This document shows, one piece after another, positions 1-8,728 of a stretch of 53,197 bases of DNA (the first letter of the stretch is position 1; each line of letters begins with the position of its first letter). Location: IMG/VR virus record IMGVR_UViG_3300009826_000006, positions 1 to 53,197 of that record; one strand, written 5' to 3'. The DNA comes from a virus. A model generated the notes under the pieces. That model was given only the letters and a program-made list of their open reading frames with translations. It did not search any database and was not told where the DNA came from. The translations under genes were made by a program, and so were the position numbers.

Positions 1-123
1 TAACTGGGAAGCCATTGAGCGCTTTATGAACCGGCGCCTGGACCCAGATCAAGACCTAGACAGTCTAGAAGCAGTTATTGAGGCAGCACTCAAATGCGAT
101 GAAGAGTTATCACTCTCAGACAA
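1..123. repeat. terminal direct repeat identical to 53075-53197 (assembly overlap of a circular or circularly permuted genome)
   Basis: hand alignment: both copies read TAACTGGGAAGCC...CACTCTCAGACAA, 123 of 123 identical. Confidence 0.95.
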
Positions 124-712
124 GCGCCGTTCTGGTACAGGATATTACAGCAAAACCGAAACAATTGAAGTAGACGGTCAAACAATTCCTGTACGCAAAT
201 TCCCGATGCATGAGATGCCACCTATACCAGATGAGAGTGGACATATGCCTGAAGGTTTTGATCAAAGCATCTACCCAGACGCCCATCCTACAGGTATACC
301 AATTGTTCTTATTAGAAAAGAAATTCTGGTTTATGGCTTCATCTTCCAAACACGTAGTCATACTGTTCTACGTTCAGTAGGTCCGGATGGAGAGTTTAAC
401 CGTGACGACCTTAAGGTCATCTCCAACACCATGCTTAATATGAAAGGTCTACCGCCTGATAAAGTAACCAAGCGCGAAGTAACCTTACGATATCAGGCAC
501 AAGAAGCAGAAGCCAATGTTGCAGAAGATGAATTGGCTCTAGCTGAAGAAATTGCCGGCGAAGCTTCAGAAAATATTACACCAGAAAACGTAACCGAACA
601 CTTAGGCATTAGTGCTGATTCATATTACAATTCTCAAGGTGAATTGGAATATGGAGAAGGCTATGCGGACGGTTACTTTAACGCAAACGGCGAGTGGTTC
701 ACTTACGCATAA
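2..712 (+). CDS. 3' part of junction-spanning early gene (52914->712, 290 aa); acidic C-terminus; distant paralog of 49229..49918
   Basis: ORF-track entry 26..712 is in frame with ATG 52914 once 53075 is equated with 1; shared N-terminal motif with 49229..49918. Confidence 0.8.
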   Translation, partial: NWEAIERFMNRRLDPDQDLDSLEAVIEAALKCDEELSLSDKRRSGTGYYSKTETIEVDGQTIPVRKFPMHEMPPIPDESGHMPEGFDQSIYPDAHPTGIPIVLIRKEILVYGFIFQTRSHTVLRSVGPDGEFNRDDLKVISNTMLNMKGLPPDKVTKREVTLRYQAQEAEANVAEDELALAEEIAGEASENITPENVTEHLGISADSYYNSQGELEYGEGYADGYFNANGEWFTYA

Positions 713-730
713 CCACCACCTCTTCTAATA

Positions 731-772
731 GTAAGCGCTTAGCTCCCCCCCCCCCATAAGCTAAGCGCTTAC
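731..772. repeat. perfect 14-bp inverted repeat (GTAAGCGCTTAGCT / AGCTAAGCGCTTAC) with a loop containing an 11-C homopolymer (745-755)
   Basis: read directly; followed by an A-rich, not T-rich, tract on the + strand, so not a canonical intrinsic terminator. Confidence 0.85.
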
Positions 773-809
773 AAAAAAAATAAAAAATGCACCTTTTCAA
801 AATAAAAAT

Positions 810-918
810 AATAGGGTGGCGGAATGGGTAGACGCGTATAACGTAGGGTATATTACCTTGGAATTTCCTTCCCGGTCGAAATATATACTATGTGAGGTTC
901 AAATCCTCATCCCTATTT
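810..918 (+). tRNA. atypical oversized tRNA-like gene (Leu-type D arm, canonical T arm, no recognisable anticodon arm, no encoded CCA)
   Basis: acceptor AATAGGG/CCCTATT; TG; D arm GCGG-AATGGGTAGA-CGC; T arm GTGAGG-TTCAAAT-CCTCAT; 56 nt between D and T arms. Confidence 0.5.
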
Positions 919-1111
919 TCTAATTAAAATATGAAGGAGGTAAGTAACATGAATGCTTACGAGAAACAAAAGCATTTTCCGTGATGCTGAAAGGCGTTTA
1001 GGACAATACTACGTTTCAGTATGTGTTAGCCTTTTGCGCAAAGGCAAATTGTTTTAATAAAAAGAATATGGTAAAGAGCTAGGCTCTTTACCTTAAGGAG
1101 AATGATAAATA

Positions 1112-2116
1112 ATGATTCTTAGAGAACGTAGGATAGATGTATCTGAAATCAAATCCTATAAACAATGTAAACGACTGTGGCAATTTACAAGTCGCAATCG
1201 TATGCATCTAACATCTAAAGTACCTGCAACGGCTCTCTCACTAGGAACACTATTTCATGAAGCTTTAGCTTTGCTTTATTCAGGAGCTAATTTTGAAGCT
1301 ACTATGAAGCTGGTAGAACAGCAAGCTAATACAGAAGAATACAAAACTCTCAGCGCTATGTTAACAGGTTATGCAGATATTCTACTTTATGAAGACCTTG
1401 AAAAGTGGCAAATCTTAGATGTAGAGCATAAGTTTAAGTTTCTATCAGGGCTTAAAACTCAAATAGGCTTAAAATGTAAAGACACAGAATGTGGTACAGA
1501 ATACCCTCATTCTATTATCTATCATGATTGTGAAGCTTGCGGGGCTTTCTGTGATGAAGTCTTTGAGGAGATAATGTGTGTAGGTGCTATAGATCTTATT
1601 GTTTACGAAGCAACTACTAACACCGTAAAAGGTATTGAACACAAAACTTGTGCTAGATTTAGGGAGGAAGCTTTCAGTTGGTTAGATGAACAGCCTCGAG
1701 TTTATTTTGAGGCACTTAATAAGTGGATATCTGGCGCTATATCTAAAGGTCTAGTACCTTCGGATGTTACTAATGGAGGTATCTTAATAAATGAGGTACG
1801 CAAGCTTAAGCGCGATTTTGATTATAAACGTACTCCTCACCTTTATACAGAGGTAGACCATGAGCGTTTTTGGAAAATGTGGCTAAAGCAGTTACAAGCA
1901 TGCCATAATTCTATCCTTTTAGATGAAAAAGGTGAACCTCCTAGTCCAACATATTTCGGATGCCAAATGTGTGATTACAAACATGTATGCTCTACCTTTG
2001 GCTATGAAGTAGTCACCAAGGAAACTATCCTTAATGAGTATGGTCTAGAGTTCGAACCTCGTGCTAGAGATCATCTCGAAGAGAAAAATAAGTTAGGAGG
2101 TACTGATGCCCCTTAA
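1112..2116 (+). CDS. PD-(D/E)XK (Cas4/RecB-like) nuclease with Cys cluster
   Basis: GAIDLIVYE...IEHKT nuclease core; N-terminal Cys (YKQCKRLW) plus C-terminal CQMCDYKHVC, as in Cas4/AddB Fe-S nucleases; SD AAGGAG upstream. Confidence 0.65.
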   Translation: MILRERRIDVSEIKSYKQCKRLWQFTSRNRMHLTSKVPATALSLGTLFHEALALLYSGANFEATMKLVEQQANTEEYKTLSAMLTGYADILLYEDLEKWQILDVEHKFKFLSGLKTQIGLKCKDTECGTEYPHSIIYHDCEACGAFCDEVFEEIMCVGAIDLIVYEATTNTVKGIEHKTCARFREEAFSWLDEQPRVYFEALNKWISGAISKGLVPSDVTNGGILINEVRKLKRDFDYKRTPHLYTEVDHERFWKMWLKQLQACHNSILLDEKGEPPSPTYFGCQMCDYKHVCSTFGYEVVTKETILNEYGLEFEPRARDHLEEKNKLGGTDAP

Positions 2117-2318
2117 TCGTATTTATAAGATGCAACTTACACCAGACAAGAATAGTGTTATTATTTGTGATCGGCAAAAAGATTATGAAGTTACTACTCC
2201 TTACGATAAGGAAATACAGGCCTACATGGGTACACGTCATAAGGTCTATGTTAAAGGTTATATTAACGAAGCTGGTAGGTTAGTAGTTGTAGGTCCTTCT
2301 AAAAAGAAAAGCTGGTGA
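2106..2318 (+). CDS. hypothetical protein (70 aa)
   Basis: ORF with AGGAGG 6 nt upstream of ATG; overlaps preceding stop. Confidence 0.6.
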   Translation: MPLNRIYKMQLTPDKNSVIICDRQKDYEVTTPYDKEIQAYMGTRHKVYVKGYINEAGRLVVVGPSKKKSW

Positions 2319-2322
2319 TGAT

Positions 2323-2643
2323 ATGCGTAGATGGTTAATTAAAGCTTTAGGAGGTTATACAGACATTACTTACTATGATTTAAAAAGTAAATATGATATC
2401 CTCTTAGAAGATCATGAAAGCCTAGAAAACCTTTACAAATCATTACAGGTAGAGCGTAATGCGCCTATTATGGTTATTCCTAAAAAGATGCAGGAACATA
2501 TAGAGATTTTAGAAAAGAGAATAGCACATATGTTAGCTGATGAACTTTTAAAGTTAAATCTCATTATTTTTTCCATTGAAGATCATCCATATACGTTCGA
2601 AAAAGTGCTTAAAGGTTTTATTGAATTAGTAGTTCCAAAATAA
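2323..2643 (+). CDS. hypothetical protein (106 aa)
   Basis: ORF tightly packed in operon. Confidence 0.6.
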   Translation: MRRWLIKALGGYTDITYYDLKSKYDILLEDHESLENLYKSLQVERNAPIMVIPKKMQEHIEILEKRIAHMLADELLKLNLIIFSIEDHPYTFEKVLKGFIELVVPK

Positions 2644-2660
2644 TTTAGATAGGTGATATT

Positions 2661-2900
2661 ATGATACCTTTTTTAGAAGGATTTAGCTCTAAAGACATGT
2701 ATAATATAGGCCCAAGTACTGTTGAAGGCTTTATACAAGGTCTGAATTGTACTGAAAATTTAATAAGGGCAGTGGCTATTAGTAGATTTATTTATAGGCC
2801 GTTCCATAAGGCGAAGCACTTAGCTAAGTACTCTAAACGTAGGCGTATACGTAATAAGTATATTAAAAGATTAGGAGGTGATACTCTTGTTAGACAATAG
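2661..2900 (+). CDS. hypothetical basic protein (79 aa)
   Basis: ORF with TAGGTGA SD-like site upstream. Confidence 0.5.
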   Translation: MIPFLEGFSSKDMYNIGPSTVEGFIQGLNCTENLIRAVAISRFIYRPFHKAKHLAKYSKRRRIRNKYIKRLGGDTLVRQ

Positions 2901-3114
2901 ACTCCCTGTATGCGTACAATCTCAAGGTACTGTTGCGAAATTAGTTGTAAATGGCAATGATATATCTGGCGGTTGTAGGGGTTATACTTTAAACCATAAC
3001 GCAAGTGAAGTACCTGAGTTAACTGTGTATATGGATCCCCTACCTTCTGAATTAGAATTACATTTAGAAGGTGCTAATGTGACTATATTACCTGTAGAAA
3101 GGAGAAGTAGTTAA
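2887..3114 (+). CDS. hypothetical protein; start moved to TTG 2887
   Basis: AGGAGG at 2873-2878 sits 8 nt before TTG 2887; the ORF-track GTG 2878 lies inside the SD. Confidence 0.5.
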   Translation: MLDNRLPVCVQSQGTVAKLVVNGNDISGGCRGYTLNHNASEVPELTVYMDPLPSELELHLEGANVTILPVERRSS

Positions 3115-3245
3115 TGACTTTTACAATACCTGAATTCTGGTTAGGAGTAATTGCAACTATAGTAACTTTGTTTATAATTTTGTGCATATATGCATACCTT
3201 GATAGCCGTAAGTCCAAAAATAAAAAGAATGAAAAGGAGAATTAA
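3114..3245 (+). CDS. small single-pass membrane protein (43 aa; not in ORF track)
   Basis: hand translation MTFTIPEFWLGVIATIVTLFIILCIYAYLDSRKSKNKKNEKEN; TAATG coupling to the previous gene. Confidence 0.5.
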   Translation: MTFTIPEFWLGVIATIVTLFIILCIYAYLDSRKSKNKKNEKEN

Positions 3246-3246
3246 C

Positions 3247-3534
3247 ATGACGGAAAAATTAAAAGCAGTGCTGTCCAAGATGCAAGAGGAGCATAATTTC
3301 CAGTTAGGAGATATTGTTCAGTGGAAGCCTAATGCAAAAAATAGACTCTTACCTTTGTATAGCCAACCTGTAATAATTGTGGACTATGTTCCCGATCTTG
3401 TAGACCCAAAAGAGCTGTCTGACAGTATGCACTTCAGGGAAAATATTGAGCTTTGTATAGGCTTACTAGATGCGGACGATAATTTCATTTGTTTCTGGGT
3501 TGATAAAGATCGCATGGAACCCTATCAGCCATGA
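3247..3534 (+). CDS. hypothetical protein (95 aa); start moved to ATG 3247
   Basis: AAAAGGAGA SD precedes the internal ATG (MTEKLKAV...); the upstream part of the ORF-track entry overlaps the 43-aa gene. Confidence 0.6.
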   Translation: MTEKLKAVLSKMQEEHNFQLGDIVQWKPNAKNRLLPLYSQPVIIVDYVPDLVDPKELSDSMHFRENIELCIGLLDADDNFICFWVDKDRMEPYQP

Positions 3535-5087
3535 AAATTGAGTCCAGTAAGCAAGCAAATTACTTGTTAGTGACGGACCCTTGTGTGGCCCCTAAGTATC
3601 TTTTAGGAGCCACAAGGGTCAAAAAGACTAACACCTATCGCGTTGAGGAGAACCTCATTAACTTACATCAGTTAGGTTTATCCCTGCCAAAATCCTTAAG
3701 AGTACCCGTTGATGATGATGATGTATTCTTGGAGTCTACTCTTTTTAGCTATCAGAAAGAGGATATCCTACGCAAAATTGGCCAAAAAAGTATTTTAAAT
3801 GCTAATCCTATGGGGTATGGTAAGACCGTGGAGACTGTAGTTACTCTCAGAGAACGTGGTGTACGTAATGCTCTTATTTTAGCTCCTAAAGCTGTACTTT
3901 TACAGTGGAAAAACGAGTTAGAAAAGTGGTGGGAGCCCTACTATCAAAGCCAAACCACCTTCGGACGTCCTAAAATACAAGTGCTATCCTCTGGCGATGA
4001 ATATAAACCTACAAGAGATAGTATAGTTATAACAAATTATGACGCCCTGCTAAACACTCAACGTCTTATACGTCTTAAAATGTTTTCCTGGGACGCTTTA
4101 GTGCTAGACGAATCGCACCGTATTAAAAACCGCAAATCTAAGACATGGGCTGCAGTTACATCTATATCAGCTAAATATAAGATGGCCCTTACAGGAACCC
4201 CTATCCTACGTAAAATTGATGATTTGTGGGCGCAATTGTACGCTTTAGATTGGAGGTATTCAGGTAATTCATATTGGAATTTCTTAGAGTTCTTTTGCAC
4301 AGTTCAAGATGGACATTTTGGAGGTAAAGAGGTAGGAGGCCTATCTAAAGACCCTGAAAAAGTACGTCTCCTTAATTGGTTGATAGAACAAATTGCCATC
4401 CGGCAACCTGATTTGAAACTTACACCAGGTAAGCGTTCTTCTGTTGTTGACCTTAAAATGTCTTCCTCTCAAAAGGGAGCCTATAAAGAAGCTAGAGACT
4501 TAGCTTTTGATACCTTACCAGAAGAGCTTACAATTACTAATGCAATGTCTCATCTTCTACGCTTACGGCAGCTCACAAGTTGTCCAGAACAATTTTATCC
4601 AAACATAGATAACGTTAAATTCGATTGGATACAAACTATCCTAGAGGATAATCCAACCCTTAAGATAGTATTACTCTCTACTTGGGCAACTCCTTTAAAA
4701 ACACTTGCATCTAAGCTTAACGTTTTTCCCTTTGACGAGGGAGGATTCATGCAGCTGTATACTGGTAGCATGTCTATTGAGGAACGTGAAGCCTCAAAGC
4801 AGCGTTTTATAGAGGATCCCTCTGTTAGAATCTTAGGAGGTACTATTGGTGCACTTGGTACAGGTGTAGATGGTTTGCAAAAAGCAACCAATACAGTAGT
4901 CTTTTTAGACCGGGATTGGTCTCCAGAAATCAACGCACAAGCTGAAGATCGCCTAAATAGATTTGGACAAATTGATGCAGTAAATGTGTACTATCTTGAA
5001 TGCGTTGGTACGATGGACCTGCATGTTGCAAGAATCAATTTGACCAAAGCTGAAGACATACGCAAGGCCTTAAAGGAGGAATTGTAA
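3531..5087 (+). CDS. SNF2/SF2 family helicase
   Basis: NPMGYGKT (Walker A-like), LVLDESHRIKN (DExH), TGTP, C-terminal helicase motifs (QAEDRLNRFGQ). Confidence 0.85.
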   Translation: MKIESSKQANYLLVTDPCVAPKYLLGATRVKKTNTYRVEENLINLHQLGLSLPKSLRVPVDDDDVFLESTLFSYQKEDILRKIGQKSILNANPMGYGKTVETVVTLRERGVRNALILAPKAVLLQWKNELEKWWEPYYQSQTTFGRPKIQVLSSGDEYKPTRDSIVITNYDALLNTQRLIRLKMFSWDALVLDESHRIKNRKSKTWAAVTSISAKYKMALTGTPILRKIDDLWAQLYALDWRYSGNSYWNFLEFFCTVQDGHFGGKEVGGLSKDPEKVRLLNWLIEQIAIRQPDLKLTPGKRSSVVDLKMSSSQKGAYKEARDLAFDTLPEELTITNAMSHLLRLRQLTSCPEQFYPNIDNVKFDWIQTILEDNPTLKIVLLSTWATPLKTLASKLNVFPFDEGGFMQLYTGSMSIEEREASKQRFIEDPSVRILGGTIGALGTGVDGLQKATNTVVFLDRDWSPEINAQAEDRLNRFGQIDAVNVYYLECVGTMDLHVARINLTKAEDIRKALKEEL

Positions 5088-5088
5088 A

Positions 5089-5538
5089 ATGAGATGTTTG
5101 TTAATACTTTTATTTTTGTTTGTACTAACATCTTGCGGTACTAGTGAAGATTTATATAAACCTGCACCTGAACTCGTATACACACCTGAAGTTGTTTTAG
5201 AAGAGGTGCCTTGGTGTTGTTTTTTAGAAGAAGAGTTTTGGTTAGTGATAGCTATGTATATGAGTATGTTGCAGGCTCAAGCTATAGGGCATACAGTAAC
5301 GTTAATTACTCACCTAGAACCTACTTACTATTCTCTTAGGGGTGTGCTTATGGAGTTAGAAGATGGTCCGTACTTAATGGTTGTACAATTTGCTAATCTT
5401 CATAGTGCTCAGTACTTTTATAATACACTACCTGTAAGTAGGCGTGCAATTCATGAAGAATTTTATCTTGTGTTACAAAAAAGCGATTGGGATTCTATGG
5501 TTGCGATTCTTTTTCCAGCCATATCAATAGGAGGATAA
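5089..5538 (+). CDS. putative lipoprotein
   Basis: signal peptide with lipobox LLFLFVLTSC. Confidence 0.6.
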   Translation: MRCLLILLFLFVLTSCGTSEDLYKPAPELVYTPEVVLEEVPWCCFLEEEFWLVIAMYMSMLQAQAIGHTVTLITHLEPTYYSLRGVLMELEDGPYLMVVQFANLHSAQYFYNTLPVSRRAIHEEFYLVLQKSDWDSMVAILFPAISIGG

Positions 5539-5539
5539 A

Positions 5540-5998
5540 ATGAATCAAGTATACACGGGACTCGCACCAGTAATCAAGTCTTCGCTTCCCAATGTTCAAA
5601 AAAATAATAAAGCAGAGACAACATCTACACCCTCAACATTTGAGGAATATCAGGAGATACTTGAGCGCTCATGTCATGTCGTTAGATATCTTCAGGATAT
5701 TACGCGAGGCGGTATGCCTAAAAAATTGCAAGGCAATCAAGTGCCCTTAGCTATGGCTTTTCTTTCGCAAGCCCTGCATGATATACTGCTTCTCAGCCGT
5801 ACAGTAGAAGCCTTCGCAAAATTAACAAATCAATGGCCTACAATAATACCTCCGTCTCGTGAAGAACTTGACAATGATCTATGCGAGAAATATTGCACAC
5901 ATCCCGGTGCTGCCTGTGAAGGTCGAGGATGTTCTGAAGCTTATGAAGCCTTCCTGGATGATTTCCGTAATGGTAAATTTGAAAAATCGGAGGTGTAA
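5540..5998 (+). CDS. hypothetical protein (152 aa)
   Basis: ORF, coupled start/stop with neighbours. Confidence 0.6.
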   Translation: MNQVYTGLAPVIKSSLPNVQKNNKAETTSTPSTFEEYQEILERSCHVVRYLQDITRGGMPKKLQGNQVPLAMAFLSQALHDILLLSRTVEAFAKLTNQWPTIIPPSREELDNDLCEKYCTHPGAACEGRGCSEAYEAFLDDFRNGKFEKSEV

Positions 5999-6283
5999 AT
6001 GATGCTAAAACCTTGCCCTTTATGCGGCTGTATTGCTGAACCTCTTTCAGGACATAGTTTAGGTAGAACTGGCTACCTGTATTGCATTATTAAAATTTGC
6101 AACTGGACTGTATATGGTGATAGGGATAATGACGATTTAGTTAAATTATGGAATAATTCTACACCTAGCGAATCTCAAAAAGCACATTTTTTAGAGAGCA
6201 ACTCGCACATGCTTAAAATATTTAACAAATTAAATGATCTTATTAGTAATAGTAGGAGGGTTAATAATGACGATAAAACTTAA
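5999..6283 (+). CDS. Lar-like restriction alleviation family protein (putative)
   Basis: N-terminus MLKPCPLCGC...YC...C and ...LWNN resemble the LKPCPFCG zinc-ribbon signature of Lar family proteins, recalled from memory. Confidence 0.4.
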   Translation: MMLKPCPLCGCIAEPLSGHSLGRTGYLYCIIKICNWTVYGDRDNDDLVKLWNNSTPSESQKAHFLESNSHMLKIFNKLNDLISNSRRVNNDDKT

Positions 6284-6491
6284 CTTTGAAGGTGTAGGAG
6301 GACCTACTAAAAAACAACAGCGTTACGCTAAATTCATATCCTCTACGTTAGAAATTTCATTACCTAAATTTACTTTTGAGGCATACTCTAACTTCATAGC
6401 AGAGTATAGCACAGAAGCCCAAATAACTCAAGATGAGCAGAGATATGAAGATGCATATGAATCCTGGTGTTTGGAATGTGAGGATTTCTGA
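6267..6491 (+). CDS. hypothetical acidic protein (74 aa); start moved to ATG 6267
   Basis: AGGAGGG SD before the internal ATG (MTIKLNFEG...). Confidence 0.55.
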   Translation: MTIKLNFEGVGGPTKKQQRYAKFISSTLEISLPKFTFEAYSNFIAEYSTEAQITQDEQRYEDAYESWCLECEDF

Positions 6492-6518
6492 GAGCTTAAA
6501 ATTTTTCCTTTAGTACCC

Positions 6519-6547
6519 TTGAAAAACTAAATTGTTTCCTATATAAT
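6519..6547 (+). promoter_or_regulatory. sigma-70/sigma-A type promoter
   Basis: TTGAAA (6519-6524), 17-nt spacer, TATAAT (6542-6547), in the gap upstream of 6571. Confidence 0.6.
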
Positions 6548-6570
6548 TATTAAAAATGGAGGTATAAAAA

Positions 6571-7347
6571 ATGCAAACTATTGATGTAAAAGGCGTAATT
6601 ACGAAGCCACATTTTATTTTAATGTATGGCGCATCAGGTACAGGTAAAACTCATCTGTGCGGTACTCTGGGGGATCTAGGTAGCGTGCTTTTTATAGACA
6701 TAGATCAAGGTTACGAAACTCTTTCATGCGCCCCTGAACTTGAAAAAGCTCGTAATAACATTACTATAGTTAGTTTTGAAGCTTTTAAAGATCTTAATGA
6801 CGCTTATAAAGCTACAAAACAAAATGATCCTAAAGAGTGGTCGCGTATCTTTAATAAAGGTAAAAAATCAACAGACCCATCATATGTTAAAGTGACTCAA
6901 CCGTTCGATTGGATTGTTTGGGATACTTGGAGTGAAATACAATTTCATATGATGGAGGAACTCCGGCAACAAAAAGACCACGGTAAGTTTACAAATATCT
7001 TGGACTTTCGTAAGAGTGCAGAGATTCAACATTGGGGCATGCTTACCGACCTTAATAAGCTTTCTATACAGGAATTACGTAAGTGTAAAGTCAATCAAGT
7101 ATTTATAATGCAAGAGACTATGGTTAAAGACGAGCTCTCAGGCGTCGTTACAGGCGGTCCAGCTATTCATGGTAAAATGGTGCAAGAAATGCCTTCGTAC
7201 TTTGGTATAGTCATTCATACAACAACGAATATTATGGGACAATTCGCTGCAACAACTAGATCAAAAGGGCGTTGGCCTGCGAAGTCCCGTAGAGGACCCG
7301 GCGCAGACTATAACAAACCTACTATGAAGGATGTGCTTAATATATGA
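6571..7347 (+). CDS. Sak4-like RecA-fold AAA ATPase (recombination/replication)
   Basis: Walker A GASGTGKT, VLFIDID, size and synteny with a DUF669-like gene. Confidence 0.65.
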   Translation: MQTIDVKGVITKPHFILMYGASGTGKTHLCGTLGDLGSVLFIDIDQGYETLSCAPELEKARNNITIVSFEAFKDLNDAYKATKQNDPKEWSRIFNKGKKSTDPSYVKVTQPFDWIVWDTWSEIQFHMMEELRQQKDHGKFTNILDFRKSAEIQHWGMLTDLNKLSIQELRKCKVNQVFIMQETMVKDELSGVVTGGPAIHGKMVQEMPSYFGIVIHTTTNIMGQFAATTRSKGRWPAKSRRGPGADYNKPTMKDVLNI

Positions 7348-7449
7348 GACTATCTAAAAGCTGTTTAAGGTGCTATACAAAATATTTTCCATGTCCTTCT
7401 AGAAAGATTTCAATATGGTTATGCTGGGAATGTATTGAGGAGTTATACG

Positions 7450-8727
7450 ATGAACACTGACATAATGGCCATCTACGACATATGTACAGATCTACAGCTA
7501 GCGGATGAGAGAGCTAAAAAAGAGCTTATACTTTATAACGCTCGTAATACACCTATTTGGCTAAAAACTATGCGTTATCTTTTTGATCCTATACTTAAGT
7601 CTGGTATGTCCGAAAAACGTATCAATCGTGTAGTTTGGCCTAGCGGTGTAGGATCTTCTGGTATAAATTCCCTTTCAGATATGTATGAATATCTTTGGGA
7701 AAATAATACTGGCAAAGATGATGATGTAGGCACCTTACAGCAATTTATATCAGAGCAAGAGCCTGAGTACGAAAGATTCTTATATACCCTTTTTTCTAAA
7801 CAACTACGTATGGGTGTAGATATAACTACTCTTAATCGTATATATGGGCGTGGTTTTATCTTACAGGTTAATTGTATGCTAGCATACCCTTTTAATGAAA
7901 AAGACCTTAAAGGCCAAGAGTTCACACTTACTCTTAAGCTAGATGGTATACGATGTATAGCTACCAAACAAGATGGCAAAGTAACATTGTATAGTAGGGG
8001 TTCTAAAATTTTTGAAGGTTTGTACGAGATTGAAAGGGCCTTACAGAATCATCCACAAGATAATTTTATATGGGATGGCGAGCTTTTAGCTTCAGACTGG
8101 GAGTATATGAAGACACCTTCCACAATAGCTTATAAAGCAGCTATACAGGCTGTAAAACCTAAAGGTCCTAAGAAAGGCGTAACCTTCTGGGTATTTGACG
8201 GTATGCCTTTAGATGTGTATAAAGATTTAGATACATCTAAATCCTATATAGAACGTCGTAAGGTATTAGATGAATTATGGATGGGTTACAGATCTGAAGT
8301 TTTGCAATTACTTCCAATACTGTATCAAGGCTCTGATATCTCAGCTATAAGCGCTCATACAAGAGCTATAAGCGCAGCAAAGCAAGAAGGTTTGATGTTA
8401 AACATTAACTTAGCTCCATACGCTTATACGCGCAGTAAATCGTTGTTAAAAATTAAGAAAATGAAAGATACGGATTTGGTGGTTATAGGTGTAGAAGAAG
8501 GTAAAGGGCGTTTAGAAGGTATGCTAGGTAATTTTGTTTGTGAGTACAAAGGCGGAGAAGTACGTGTGGGCACAGGTTTGAATGATTATCAACGTAAGCA
8601 CTTATATAGTCAGCGAGATGCTTTACATGGTAAAATAATCACTATAAATTATTTCGAGGAAACAAAGAATGCTAAAGGGCAGCCAAGCTTACGCTTTCCT
8701 ACGTTCCTCAGATTAAGGGAGGATTAA
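7450..8727 (+). CDS. ATP-dependent DNA ligase
   Basis: adenylation motif LKLDGIRC (KxDG), later EGLMLN and LLKIKK motifs; GAGGAG SD before ATG 7450. Confidence 0.8.
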   Translation: MNTDIMAIYDICTDLQLADERAKKELILYNARNTPIWLKTMRYLFDPILKSGMSEKRINRVVWPSGVGSSGINSLSDMYEYLWENNTGKDDDVGTLQQFISEQEPEYERFLYTLFSKQLRMGVDITTLNRIYGRGFILQVNCMLAYPFNEKDLKGQEFTLTLKLDGIRCIATKQDGKVTLYSRGSKIFEGLYEIERALQNHPQDNFIWDGELLASDWEYMKTPSTIAYKAAIQAVKPKGPKKGVTFWVFDGMPLDVYKDLDTSKSYIERRKVLDELWMGYRSEVLQLLPILYQGSDISAISAHTRAISAAKQEGLMLNINLAPYAYTRSKSLLKIKKMKDTDLVVIGVEEGKGRLEGMLGNFVCEYKGGEVRVGTGLNDYQRKHLYSQRDALHGKIITINYFEETKNAKGQPSLRFPTFLRLRED

Positions 8728-8728
8728 G

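Noticed and set aside
836-891. Self-cleaving ribozyme (for example hammerhead) or bulge-helix-bulge intron inside the tRNA-like inserts, including 12393-12473
   Set aside because: Only a GAAA tetranucleotide is present and there is no CUGAUGA core. The bulges next to the enclosing helices are 1 and 6 nt rather than 3 and 3. The inserts are far too short for group I introns.
931-984. Mini-ORF (11 aa from ATG 949, or 17 aa from ATG 931) with a GAAGGAGG SD just after tRNA-like element 1
   Set aside because: It is too short to support as a gene from sequence alone. It might be a leader peptide, but I could build no attenuator structure.
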